60,346 bases of DNA from a bacterium (GTDB lineage Bacteria > Cyanobacteriota > Vampirovibrionia > LMEP-6097): assembly GCA_046080385.1 (NCBI GenBank), contig JBJTTW010000066.1, positions 1-60,346 on the forward strand, read 5' to 3'. The notes under the pieces were generated by a model. That model was not told the origin of the DNA. It was given only the letters and a program-made list of their open reading frames with translations, and did no database searches. Made by a program: the position numbers and the translations under genes. This document shows positions 28,030-37,892 of this stretch, piece by piece. How positions within the stretch are numbered: the stretch's first letter is position 1; each line of letters starts with the position of its first letter.

Positions 28030-29103
28030 ATGATTATTGGTGTTCCTAAAGAAATACTTGCACATGAAAATAGAGTAGCTATGACTCCAGATTGGACTCG
28101 GACTCTTTATGAAGCTGGACATAATGTCTATGTTCAGGCTGGTGCTGGTGTCGGTAGTAGTTTTCATGACGAGGCTTATAGAAAGGCTGGAGCGGTTATT
28201 TTAGATACTGCGGAAGAAGTTTTTAAAAAATCCGATATTATCGTTAAGGTAAAACAGCCTTTAGAGCAGGAGTATAAGTTAATCGAGGAGAGACATATAC
28301 TCTTTACTTATTTACACTTAGCTTCTAGTAAAGCTTTGACTCAGGCTCTGACTGACACTGGGGCTCACTGTATAGCCTATGAGACTATAGAAGATAGATC
28401 GGGTAGATTACCTTTACTTAAGCCGATGTCAGAGGTGGCTGGGCGTATGTCTGTTCAGATCGGGGCGAGATTTTTAGAAAGAGGTGTTAATGATCAGCAT
28501 CCAGGAAGAGGGATTCTTTTAGGTGGTGCTGCTGGCGTACCTCCTGCGATAGTAACTATTCTTGGTGCTGGTATAGTTGGTAGAGCTGCATTGAAGATAG
28601 CGGTGGGTATGGGCGCGCATGTTAATGTTTTTGATAATAATTTAAATGCTCTTTCAGAGATAGATGATTTATACGGCAGTAGAGTCGCTACTATTTTTAG
28701 TACTTCTTCTGCAATAGAGAAGAGAGTCTTAGAATCAGATTTAGTTATCGGAGCTGTATTAATTAGTGGTAAAAAAGCACCTATGTTAGTCACTGAGAGT
28801 ATGGTTAAACAGATGCGTTACGGTTCAGTAATCATAGACGTGGCTGTAGATCAGGGTGGCTGTATAGAAACTAGTGAAGTTACTAGCCATGATAATCCGA
28901 TAATCGTTAAGCATAACGTGCTTCATTATGGTGTGGCTAATATGCCGGGTGCAGTACCTAATACTAGTACTCATGCACTGTGTAATTCGACTATGCCTTA
29001 TTTATTAAAGCTTGCGAATCGTGGCATCTCTGCACTAGACGAAGATCCAGGTTTTAAGAAAGGCTTAAATATCGCTGATGGTAAGCTTTTGATTGATATT
29101 TAG
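28030..29103 (+). CDS. ald: Alanine dehydrogenase
   Basis: MIIGVPKEILAHENRVAMTP..., Rossmann motif ILGAGIVGRAA and VDVAVDQGGCIETS. Start moved from 27958 to ATG 28030. Confidence 0.9.
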   Translation: MIIGVPKEILAHENRVAMTPDWTRTLYEAGHNVYVQAGAGVGSSFHDEAYRKAGAVILDTAEEVFKKSDIIVKVKQPLEQEYKLIEERHILFTYLHLASSKALTQALTDTGAHCIAYETIEDRSGRLPLLKPMSEVAGRMSVQIGARFLERGVNDQHPGRGILLGGAAGVPPAIVTILGAGIVGRAALKIAVGMGAHVNVFDNNLNALSEIDDLYGSRVATIFSTSSAIEKRVLESDLVIGAVLISGKKAPMLVTESMVKQMRYGSVIIDVAVDQGGCIETSEVTSHDNPIIVKHNVLHYGVANMPGAVPNTSTHALCNSTMPYLLKLANRGISALDEDPGFKKGLNIADGKLLIDI

Positions 29104-29280
29104 GCTGCTTGTTGCTAAGATCGATTTTCAATGAATTTTTTATCTGCTACCTTTTCTGAAAATATTAAGAAGATATGATATAATCTTAATACGTTTAGTA
29201 TAAATCCTACACGTCGAATTGCTGCTGCTAATGTAGGTATTGGTCAAGGTCAACAGAATTTAGTTAAGGCTGAGAAAAAG

Positions 29281-29463
29281 ATGCAGCAAGTGGTTTTAGG
29301 TGGATCTGGTTCTGCTGGAGCTGCTAGGCATGAGCTTTTTTTAGCTAAGTCGTTAATTGGTTTGATGCGTGAAATATCTCAATTTTGGCTTCAAGAAGCC
29401 AAAATTGAACAAGAAGCTATGCGGCAAATGCGTCTTGTTAACAAAGATTTAGCAACTGCTTAG
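29281..29463 (+). CDS. Small hypothetical ORF (60 aa). The frame stays open upstream to an in-frame TGA at 29176
   Basis: ORF only, with no family recognised. See the finding on 29131-29463. Confidence 0.3.
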   Translation: MQQVVLGGSGSAGAARHELFLAKSLIGLMREISQFWLQEAKIEQEAMRQMRLVNKDLATA

Positions 29464-29527
29464 CGAATCTTAGATGATACTTTAAGTCTTTTAAAAGCTG
29501 CTCTATGACTTCATCTTCTGTGTTTAA

Positions 29528-30574
29528 TTATTTATCAAATAACTCACTTTTATTTACAAGCTCAACAAGCCTTTCTCTAAAGTTTTTCTGAAACTCATCA
29601 GAGTTTATATCCTCAGTCCACATAATTAAGGCTGATTCTAAAGTATCTTCATAGTATCTTTTACGAATGCCCTGTCTTTTAAATAAATATTTTTCATAAA
29701 GACCTTGAGCTTTAATATTACTTACTCTCACTTCAAGAGTGAGTGCTTTAATGTTCTGGGCTAGAGCTTTAAAAATCTGGGCTACAAGAAGAGCCTCTGC
29801 GACACCTTTTCTCGTATGATTTTTAGCAGTAGCTATAGTCGTGATGTGCATTTCATCTATGATCATCCAAGAGCCTAGGTATCCTAAAATTTCATTTTGG
29901 CACCGCTGCCGAACTTCAATTTCTGCGTTTTCGTCATCTTTATATAGGACATTATAGTCACCAACAGTATTATCTAATTCACTAACGAAATTATCCCGAG
30001 TCCAGTGTACTTCACCGTAGGCATCTGCTTCTATGAGGCAGATTTGGTCTAAATCTGAAAGCATCATTCTGCGAATTTTATATTCAGGCTTAAGTTTAAA
30101 ATATGAATAAACGATTTCTTGCACTATCTCTGGTTCTATCTCATTAAGCGGTTTTAAGACGAAACTCCTGCTAAACATTCGAGGGTGAGGAATAGTCAGT
30201 TCCGCAGAATCTAGTTTAAGTCTATCAAAGAGCAGAATATCTATATCTATAATTCGTGCTGATTTTCTGCCACGCTCGGCTCTATTACAGTCGATATTTA
30301 ATTCAATTCGCTGTAGCTCTTTTAAAAGCTCTATGGGGGATAAATTTACCGATATTTTAATGACGCCATTTAAGAAAGGATTCGGACCTGCTTCTTCTAT
30401 CGCTGGGTTTTCAAGCCAAGCAGAGCATTTTAAAATTCTCACTCCCTTGCACTTAGCTATCTGTGAAAGAGCAGTTTCTAAATTTTTTTGTCTATCCCCT
30501 AGATTAGATCCTAGAGACAGGTAAGCGGTGTGCATGGCATTATATATAATGTAAATTATAGGAAATATAGCCAT
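29528..30574 (-). CDS. folK: Fusion of HPPK (FolK) with a RimI-like GNAT acetyltransferase
   Basis: N-terminal half AYLSLGSNLGDR...DIDILLF...LTIPHPRMFSRSFVLKPL. C-terminal half IRRMMLSDLDQICLIE...ITTIATAKNHTRKGVAEALL...LTLEVRVSNIKAQGLYEKYLF. The likely true start is MHTAY (30535). Confidence 0.8.
   Translation of the reverse strand: MAIFPIIYIIYNAMHTAYLSLGSNLGDRQKNLETALSQIAKCKGVRILKCSAWLENPAIEEAGPNPFLNGVIKISVNLSPIELLKELQRIELNIDCNRAERGRKSARIIDIDILLFDRLKLDSAELTIPHPRMFSRSFVLKPLNEIEPEIVQEIVYSYFKLKPEYKIRRMMLSDLDQICLIEADAYGEVHWTRDNFVSELDNTVGDYNVLYKDDENAEIEVRQRCQNEILGYLGSWMIIDEMHITTIATAKNHTRKGVAEALLVAQIFKALAQNIKALTLEVRVSNIKAQGLYEKYLFKRQGIRKRYYEDTLESALIMWTEDINSDEFQKNFRERLVELVNKSELFDK
29899..29935 (-). 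repeat. Family-1 solo left end, in frame in the RimI-like domain
   Basis: ggcaccgctgccgaacttcaatttctgcgttttcgtc, translated DENAEIEVRQRCQ. Confidence 0.8.
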
Positions 30575-30620
30575 AGGATTTGCAGTTTTTTATTTCTTAA
30601 TCGCTTTTATACTAGCTTCA

Positions 30621-31670
30621 TTGTTTGGAAGCTTTGCTAATGTGCTTATTTATAGGCTTCCCTTAGGGCTTTCTATCGTAAAGCCAGCATCCTTCTGTCC
30701 TAGTTGTAATCATAAATTAGGCTTCTGGGAAAAAATTCCGATCTTTAGTTACGTTTTTTTGCAAGGAAGATGCTTTCACTGTGATACTAGAGTTGACATT
30801 CGCTATCTAAATGTTGAGCTTCTTGTGAGCCTATGTTCCATTCCCTTTATATATAAATTAGTTTTTCTGCCGATTCGTGCTTTCGTGGAAGTAGGTATGT
30901 TATTACCAGAGTGTTTAAAAAGTATATTTTCTTTTTTATTTATTCTGGTCTTTTTAGTAATAGCGGTAGCAGTGGCCGTCATCGATAATGCATCAGCAAG
31001 AATCCCGCATTCCTTAAGCTATTCTGGGATTATCTTTGCGATATTTTTTGCCAAGTTTTGTTTAGCAGTACCTTTTATAGAGAGCTTTGCTAATCTTGGT
31101 TTAATATTAGTGTTCTTTGATGCGTTTAATCATTTTGCAAATAAAATAATTTATAAAAAATTCGCTCTGCCTATCTGTCCTAGTGCGCTTACTTTAAGGT
31201 TTAAGTTTTTAGAAAAATATATTTCCTTTATTTATATTTCTTTATTTACTCTTATATTTGTTTTGTTTTTAGGCAATCATTTTATAGGATTGAAGATACT
31301 GCTTTGTTATTTAGGGTTCGCTTATTTTATTAATGAGATAGTTTTTGATTTTTTCTTATTTCGTTTTTATTCTCCAGAGTTAATTCATGATCAGGAGGAG
31401 GAGAATAAAATTTATGATAAAAATAGTGAATTTTTTTCATCAGCCGAATTTAAGCCAACTGAGCTTAAAAATGCATGGGGTGGTGGCGATACTATTATGA
31501 TCGCTTTTATTACCATAATAGGAGGCATAGAATGCTCATTACTCAGTGTGGCTATAGCTTTTTCAGCTTTGTTGATTTTTCGGGCGCTTATGAAAGATAA
31601 ATCTAAGACAGTCCGTTTAGGGCCAGCATTGGCTCTTGCCGTATTTGTTGCTATCATACTAAGAGTTTGA
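30621..31670 (+). CDS. pilD: Prepilin peptidase (A24 family, PilD-like)
   Basis: GSFANVLIYRLP, CPSCNHKL...GRCFHCDTRV and WGGGDTIMIAF. The TTG start at 30621 truncates the expected first TM helix (see finding). Confidence 0.85.
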   Translation: MFGSFANVLIYRLPLGLSIVKPASFCPSCNHKLGFWEKIPIFSYVFLQGRCFHCDTRVDIRYLNVELLVSLCSIPFIYKLVFLPIRAFVEVGMLLPECLKSIFSFLFILVFLVIAVAVAVIDNASARIPHSLSYSGIIFAIFFAKFCLAVPFIESFANLGLILVFFDAFNHFANKIIYKKFALPICPSALTLRFKFLEKYISFIYISLFTLIFVLFLGNHFIGLKILLCYLGFAYFINEIVFDFFLFRFYSPELIHDQEEENKIYDKNSEFFSSAEFKPTELKNAWGGGDTIMIAFITIIGGIECSLLSVAIAFSALLIFRALMKDKSKTVRLGPALALAVFVAIILRV

Positions 31671-33004
31671 AAGATACTAATCAGGCTTTAATAATAGATT
31701 TTAGTTTAGAGAAAATACTTGTCTCTATAAATTCTGTCGTCCGTAAAACCCAAGTCAGTACAGAAGATTTTTTTAAAAAACCTAAACAGGCTCATCAGGA
31801 TTTAAAACAAGAACTGAAATCTTATGGCATTAGCTCCGCTAAGGTCATTTTTTCTTTACCGATTCGTTATATAACTTATCAGGTTATTCCACTTCCAGAT
31901 GAAGCCCCGCAAGACGAGAAGCTGAAGCTTATGAGTATTGAGTTAGACAGGGTTAATTTTTTAGATCTATTTTCTTGTGAAAGATTAAATGTTACAGACA
32001 GAATGGTCGCTGGTGAGAGAATCTGTGATTATCTTTTAGTAGCTCCACAGAAGGCCGTTAGGTTTAACTGTCAGAGTTTTTTAAAGAAAATAAATTCTAA
32101 GCTGTATAAATTCGTCGCTAATTATAATCTTTTTAAACCAGAGCGAGATTCTGAGATTTTATCAGCGTTCACACATTCATCTAATATGGAGATAGTCTTC
32201 TGGAGCTATTCTTTCCCTATAGCTATCTCTACTTTAAGTTCTACTAATGACCCTGCGAATGATCTGAATCGTTTTTTAGATATTTATCAGAATGATCTTG
32301 AGAATAAAACTTTAAGTATAGAAAATATAGATATTTATGGAACTAATCTAGGTGAGTATTCTTTTGGTAATTTAACTCATAAATTAACTCTGAGAGAGGA
32401 TTATGAAAGATTCCTAATGGAGAATCTGCCTTCTGTCAGCTCTTTTCAGGATATTACTAAAAAAGTTAAACTTCCATCTGAGCCTTTTAGATGGGATCTT
32501 CCGAATGTCATTCATTTATTTGCGGTGATATTTTTAGTTTTCAGTTTACTTTTAGGGCTTTTCGCGACTTTACAGAATATGAGTTTAGATCAGAAGTACT
32601 TAGTATTTCAGAATGAAGTTACTCAGTACGAAAGGCAGATAGCAGAGAAGAAGCGTATTAAACAAGAGATAAGCGATTTAGAGAAAGAAAGAGAATTTTA
32701 TTATTCGATAACTAGAAGGCGAGCACCTTGGGATTTAATTTTAAAGGAACTCAGTAAGCTAACCCCTAAAGGCTTATGGATAGAGCGTTTTAGTGCAGCT
32801 AAGAATAATTTAGTCATGATAGGTAAGGCAGAAAAAGTAAATGAAGTTTCAGCCTTCGCTGTGAATTTAAGTCATAGCTCAAAGTATTTCTCTGAGGTAC
32901 TTTTAAGCGGTTCGCGAGATTATAGTGATGGACTAGTTTATAAGGAATTCCAGATTACGGCGAAGCTTAAGGCGCCAGAAACTGCTCCGATGCCAACAAA
33001 TTAG
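31667..33004 (+). CDS. Hypothetical membrane protein, possible PilM/PilN-like pilus assembly fusion
   Basis: Adjacent to and overlapping pilD. Central TM VIHLFAVIFLVFSLLLGLFATL, then a coiled coil and a PilN-like segment LILKELSKLTPKGLWIERFS...LVMIGKAEKVNEVSAFAVNL. Weak call. Confidence 0.4.
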   Translation: MKDTNQALIIDFSLEKILVSINSVVRKTQVSTEDFFKKPKQAHQDLKQELKSYGISSAKVIFSLPIRYITYQVIPLPDEAPQDEKLKLMSIELDRVNFLDLFSCERLNVTDRMVAGERICDYLLVAPQKAVRFNCQSFLKKINSKLYKFVANYNLFKPERDSEILSAFTHSSNMEIVFWSYSFPIAISTLSSTNDPANDLNRFLDIYQNDLENKTLSIENIDIYGTNLGEYSFGNLTHKLTLREDYERFLMENLPSVSSFQDITKKVKLPSEPFRWDLPNVIHLFAVIFLVFSLLLGLFATLQNMSLDQKYLVFQNEVTQYERQIAEKKRIKQEISDLEKEREFYYSITRRRAPWDLILKELSKLTPKGLWIERFSAAKNNLVMIGKAEKVNEVSAFAVNLSHSSKYFSEVLLSGSRDYSDGLVYKEFQITAKLKAPETAPMPTN

Positions 33005-33007
33005 TTT

Positions 33008-33040
33008 GGGACTGTAGCCAAACTCCAATTTCTGCATTTC
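33008..33040 (-). repeat. Family-1 solo left end, intergenic
   Basis: gggactgtagccaaactccaatttctgcatttc, starting 4 nt after the stop of the preceding ORF. Confidence 0.75.
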
Positions 33041-33095
33041 TTCCCCTGACTGTTTTTAACTTTTTAATTCGGCTATTCCTAGTAAAATAAAGCTT

Positions 33096-33788
33096 ATGGA
33101 AAAGAAAAAAGTTTTAGTTTTACTTGCTGGTTCTGGAGCTAAGGATGGTAGTGAAATCCGTGAGACCGTGCTAACACTGACAGCGATAGAGAAAGCTGGA
33201 ATGAGTTTTCAATGCACTGCACCTAATAAGCCACAAACAGATGTAATTAATTTTATAGATGGCTCTATATTAAATGAGCAGCGTAATGTCCTTGTGGAAG
33301 CCGCTCGCATAGCTCGCGGCGACATACTTGATCTTGCGAATGTGTCTATGAATGATTATGATGCTATTGCGATCCCTGGTGGTTTTGGGGTAGCTAAAAA
33401 TCTCTGTAGTTTTGCTTTAGATGGAATAAAAGCCAGTGTTGATACGGATACCAAAAGAATTATTCGAGAAGCGTTTACTATGAAAAAAGCTATTTTAGCT
33501 ATCTGTATAGCCCCAGCTTTAGTAGCTCTTTCTTTGCATGATTTAGAACCAGAGATTCTACTCACTTTAGGTCTTGATGATGGTCCTAATCAGGCTCTTG
33601 AAGCGATAGGTGTAAAATCGGCTAAATGTTTAAGCACAGAATGTGTAGTGGATGAGAAGCATAAGATAGTATCCTCGCCTGCTTATATGGATGATGCAGC
33701 GAGTCTTGTGGATTTAGATATGGGCATTAATAAAGCGATGATAGCTTTTAGTAATTTAGTAGAGGATTTTGAAACTGTTCATGCCTAA
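33096..33788 (+). CDS. elbB: DJ-1/PfpI-family glyoxalase ElbB
   Basis: KKVLVLLAGSGAKDGSEIRETVLTLTAIEKAG and YDAIAIPGGFGVAKNLCSFA. Confidence 0.85.
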   Translation: MEKKKVLVLLAGSGAKDGSEIRETVLTLTAIEKAGMSFQCTAPNKPQTDVINFIDGSILNEQRNVLVEAARIARGDILDLANVSMNDYDAIAIPGGFGVAKNLCSFALDGIKASVDTDTKRIIREAFTMKKAILAICIAPALVALSLHDLEPEILLTLGLDDGPNQALEAIGVKSAKCLSTECVVDEKHKIVSSPAYMDDAASLVDLDMGINKAMIAFSNLVEDFETVHA

Positions 33789-34822
33789 ATATCCTTTATT
33801 CTCGGATCTATCTTTTTTAAAACCAAGTCAGCTAGAAGATTCCCCAAGACTAGCATTAAGCTTCCCAGTAAAAGGTTAGCCATAACTATATTAATATCCT
33901 GTTTTCTTGCTGCTTCTAAAGTAAGTAAGCCTAAGCCTGGATAAGCTAGAACCATCTCGATGAGAGCAGAGCCAGCGAATAAGCCAGCGAACTCAAAACC
34001 GAATAAAGTAACTAAGGGGTTAATCGCATTTCTTAAAGCGTGTTTCCAGATGACTATGTCGAATTTCAAACCTTTCGCGAAGGCAGTTCTAATGTAGGGT
34101 CTATCTAATATTTCTAATAAATTCGCCCGCATCTGTCTCTGTATGCTAGGTATGCTAAGCAGAGTAAGTATGCTAACTGGAATAAAGAGGTGTCTAGCTA
34201 CATCTATAAAGCGTTCAAAAAAATTCATCTCATCTATAACGACACTAGTAAGCCCGCCGATAGGAAACCAGCCACTATAAAGAGCGAACAGTAACATAAA
34301 AATAGCAAGTATAAAACTTGGCATCGCCATTAAAGAAGAGAGTAAGAACCTTACAGAGAGATCAAGCCAGCTGTTTTGCTTAATCGCACAGATTACTCCA
34401 AGCGGAATAGCGATAAGCCAACTGAAGAAAATCGCACAGAGATTTAAAATTAAGGTGTTTTTTAAGGCTGGTATTATGACGTCTATGACTTTTTGATTGG
34501 CTTGAGTGTAACCGAGATCTCCTTTAACTAAATTACTTAACCACGTTAGATACTGATAGAAAAAGCCTTTATCTAATCCTAGCCTTTTAGATTCAGCTTC
34601 TATTTGAGCGGCTGAAATCGCTGGATTCAATCTAAGGTCAGCAAGAGGATCACCGGTCTGTATCTGAATTTCTTTAGTATCAAGATGTATAAAAGCTATA
34701 TCTAACTTTACTTTAGGGATTTTAAAATCAGCTTTCATTAAGCTAAAAGTTAGAAAGCTTATAAACAGTGACAGAAAGATGAGATGAATAAATCTTTTAG
34801 AAATATAAATTAAATCGCTCAT
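33785..34822 (-). CDS. ABC transporter permease (DppB/OppB type)
   Basis: RPYIRTAFAKGLKFDIVIWKHALRNAINPLVTLFG...LIEMVLAYPGLG. Confidence 0.9.
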   Translation of the reverse strand: MSDLIYISKRFIHLIFLSLFISFLTFSLMKADFKIPKVKLDIAFIHLDTKEIQIQTGDPLADLRLNPAISAAQIEAESKRLGLDKGFFYQYLTWLSNLVKGDLGYTQANQKVIDVIIPALKNTLILNLCAIFFSWLIAIPLGVICAIKQNSWLDLSVRFLLSSLMAMPSFILAIFMLLFALYSGWFPIGGLTSVVIDEMNFFERFIDVARHLFIPVSILTLLSIPSIQRQMRANLLEILDRPYIRTAFAKGLKFDIVIWKHALRNAINPLVTLFGFEFAGLFAGSALIEMVLAYPGLGLLTLEAARKQDINIVMANLLLGSLMLVLGNLLADLVLKKIDPRIKDI

Positions 34823-36537
34823 GGCTCGTCTATTTCTTTAGTCGCCTCAAAATTAATAATATCGGATCTAGTCATTATACCGATTAGCTTTTTAGGATTA
34901 TGTCTATCGACGATTAATAATCTGCCTATATTATGCTCATGTAAGCTGATAATGGCTTGGTGAAGGTTATCATCTTCGGTAAGTATAATAAGTGATTTTG
35001 ACATTATTTGAGAGACCTTGGTATTTCTCTTGAGATTCTCTTTTAGAGCCTGTTTTAGGTCATTGCGGGTAACTATGCCGACTAGGTTTTGTTCAGCATC
35101 TACTATGGGTAATGCACCATGAGTAGTTCTTTGAAATACTCTATTTAAAGAACTAAGTGAAATGTTCTCCTCTACACATTCTGGGTCTAGAGCCATAGCC
35201 TCTTTAACACTAAATTGCTGTAAATAAGATGGGCTGGTGTATTGATTTAGCTTTATACCTTGGCGAGAGAGAAGGTTTTCATATATTCCACCAAGGTGTA
35301 ATTTCTCAGAAGTTACATTTGCGATAATACAGGAAAACATTAAAGGGAGTACTAAGTCATAGTTACCAGTTAATTCAAAAAGCATGACTATGCTTGTGAT
35401 GGGTGCTCTAGAAATAGCTGTGAAAAAAGCTCCCATCCCCACAAAAGCGAAGGTCGAGGGATTTAAATCAAGAAAAGGAAATAATGAATTTAAACTATTC
35501 CCGAACATCGCTCCAAGTAAGGCTCCTAGAATTAACGATGGTGCAAATATACCACCAGGAACACCGCTGCCATAAGCTATTAACGTGAGAATATATTTAA
35601 ATAAAAATATCAGTGGTATCATCCACCAAATATAAGCTTGTGCTAGTGTGCCTTCTAGAGTAGCGTGCCCGCCACCTATAGCTTCTGGTAACCATAGAGC
35701 GACTATGCCTGTGAAAAAACCAGCTATACCACCATGTGCCCAAGCTGGAATAAAAGCTAATTTTTGTTGATAAAAATTTAGGGATTTTAAGATAGATTTT
35801 TGGAAGCTGATACCAATAACACCACAGACTATGCCAAGTATTATATAAAGAGGAATTGAGCTGAGACTCATTCCAGAACTGGATTGAAAATGAAAAGTAA
35901 AGAAATCACCATAAAGTAATCTACAGGTGATCGCAGCAGAGACAGTCCCAACTATTGCTGGTCCAAGAGAAGTGCTGGAAAAATCTTTATCTAATTCTTC
36001 GATAATAAAAAGTACGCCAGCGATAGGAGTATTAAAAGCAGCAGCTAGACCAGCTCCAGCCCCACTCGCTAAGGCTCTTTTTTGATGTTTACTATTCATT
36101 AGCCTTGCGATTTTACCGCCTAGGCCAGCACCTATGTGAATTGTTGGTCCTTCACGTCCTAGTGATAAACCCGAAGCGATGCCCACTATAGCTCCGAAGA
36201 ATTTAACGATTACAGTTCTTAGTCTAATTGTGATATTTGGGTTATTTAATGCATGTTTAACTTGTGGTATGCCGCTACCACCAGCGTCTTTGGCATATTT
36301 CTGAGTAATAAATCCAGCAAATAAGCCTCCGGAGCTACAGATGAGAATAGGATAAAGCCATTCATACCAGTATTCACGATGATAGAGGTTATAGTAAAAA
36401 AGATGACTTAGTTTCTCGGTCAGAACCCTGAATGCAACTGCAATACAGCCAACTATAACCCCAATTAAAGCAACCCTAAGTAAAATCTGAGTCTTAGTAT
36501 CAAAGCTTTTTAAAAAAAGGTATTTAAGTCTACGCAA
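34819..36537 (-). CDS. ClC-family chloride channel/antiporter with C-terminal CBS pair
   Basis: GSGIPQV, GREGPTIHIG and GIFAPSLILGA. Two CBS-like repeats at the C-terminus. Confidence 0.9.
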   Translation of the reverse strand: MRRLKYLFLKSFDTKTQILLRVALIGVIVGCIAVAFRVLTEKLSHLFYYNLYHREYWYEWLYPILICSSGGLFAGFITQKYAKDAGGSGIPQVKHALNNPNITIRLRTVIVKFFGAIVGIASGLSLGREGPTIHIGAGLGGKIARLMNSKHQKRALASGAGAGLAAAFNTPIAGVLFIIEELDKDFSSTSLGPAIVGTVSAAITCRLLYGDFFTFHFQSSSGMSLSSIPLYIILGIVCGVIGISFQKSILKSLNFYQQKLAFIPAWAHGGIAGFFTGIVALWLPEAIGGGHATLEGTLAQAYIWWMIPLIFLFKYILTLIAYGSGVPGGIFAPSLILGALLGAMFGNSLNSLFPFLDLNPSTFAFVGMGAFFTAISRAPITSIVMLFELTGNYDLVLPLMFSCIIANVTSEKLHLGGIYENLLSRQGIKLNQYTSPSYLQQFSVKEAMALDPECVEENISLSSLNRVFQRTTHGALPIVDAEQNLVGIVTRNDLKQALKENLKRNTKVSQIMSKSLIILTEDDNLHQAIISLHEHNIGRLLIVDRHNPKKLIGIMTRSDIINFEATKEIDEP

Positions 36538-36545
36538 CTGAGCTT

Positions 36546-37892
36546 CTATTCTTCTTGTGTCTTAAATTTTATCAGAATGGGCGTACCAATAAAACCGAAA
36601 TACTCTCGAAGTTTCTTTTCTATAAATCTCACAAAGGTAGGAGGGATTAATTCAGGGTAGTTCGCAAATAGCAGAAACTCTGGTGGTTCTGTGGTAATCT
36701 GCGTCGCATATTTAATCTTAATCGCCTTCTGTTTCACTATCGGCGGTGGCTGTAAAGAGAGAATATCTCTTAGAACTTTATTAAGTAGATTAGTTTCTAT
36801 GCGGCGTTTATGCTGTTCGCTGACTTCTATGGCTCTAGTCCAGATCTTATCAGTTCTAGTACCTTCTAAGGCTGATATAAATTCTATTGGTGCATAGTCA
36901 ACGAATCTTAATTTAAATAAAAGCTCTTCTTTAAAGGCTTTGAGCTTAGTCTGATCATTTTTAATTTCAGGATCTACTATGTCCCATTTATTCATAGCGA
37001 TTACACAAGCTCTGCCTTTACTCTGTATCAGTGCTGCGATCTTTTGATCCTGTTCGCTTACTATATCGTCTTGAGTGCTATCTAGAATTAAAATAGCTAC
37101 ATCACAGCGAGCTATGCTGTGGGTTGTTCTTATCGTCGAATATCTTTCTATTTCTTCTTGAACTTTAGACTTTCTTCTAAGCCCAGCAGTGTCTATTAAC
37201 TCGAATTTATGGCCATGCCTATTTAGAAAAATATTTATAGAATCGCGCGTAGTGCCGCTAACGTCACTCACTATAGATCTTTCTTCACCGATGAGTTTGT
37301 TATAGAGACTAGATTTCCCGACATTAGGTTTACCAATAAAGGCGATCTTAATAGATTCTTCTGGCTTTTCATCACTGGCTTTTAGCCCAGCACCATAATT
37401 TTCAATAATATCAGTTAGCATATTATTCAATCCTACTGAACCGTGTAAGGCACTGAAACCATAAACCTTGTCAAAGCCAAGTTTATAAAAATCATAAACA
37501 AGGCTTTCTCTTTCTATGCTATCGACTTTATTAACAGCTACATAGACTCTGTCAAAGAATTTTTCTCTTAAGATGCTGCATATTCTCTGGTCTTCCATTG
37601 TCATGCCAGTATTAACATCGAGTAAGAATACTATTGCATCTGAATGTTCCATGGCTATTACTGCTTGGCGATAAATATCATCAGAAAAAGGATCTTGTTT
37701 ATCAAAAGTTATTCCACCAGTATCTAAAATAGTGAAAGGAGTATCTTCCCATTCAAAAGTAACTTCTTTGCGATCTCGCGTAATACCAGCTTTTTCGCCA
37801 ACTATGCAGACTTGTCTGCCAGCCAATCTATTTACTAGAGCGCTTTTGCCGACATTAGGTCTGCCTATTAATGAGATGCGAATGCTTTTCAT
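36546..37892 (-). CDS. der: Ribosome-associated GTPase Der (EngA), tandem G domains
   Basis: GRPNVGKSAL...DTGG and GKPNVGKSSL...DTAGLRR...NKWD, plus a KH-like C-terminus. Confidence 0.95.
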   Translation of the reverse strand: MKSIRISLIGRPNVGKSALVNRLAGRQVCIVGEKAGITRDRKEVTFEWEDTPFTILDTGGITFDKQDPFSDDIYRQAVIAMEHSDAIVFLLDVNTGMTMEDQRICSILREKFFDRVYVAVNKVDSIERESLVYDFYKLGFDKVYGFSALHGSVGLNNMLTDIIENYGAGLKASDEKPEESIKIAFIGKPNVGKSSLYNKLIGEERSIVSDVSGTTRDSINIFLNRHGHKFELIDTAGLRRKSKVQEEIERYSTIRTTHSIARCDVAILILDSTQDDIVSEQDQKIAALIQSKGRACVIAMNKWDIVDPEIKNDQTKLKAFKEELLFKLRFVDYAPIEFISALEGTRTDKIWTRAIEVSEQHKRRIETNLLNKVLRDILSLQPPPIVKQKAIKIKYATQITTEPPEFLLFANYPELIPPTFVRFIEKKLREYFGFIGTPILIKFKTQEE

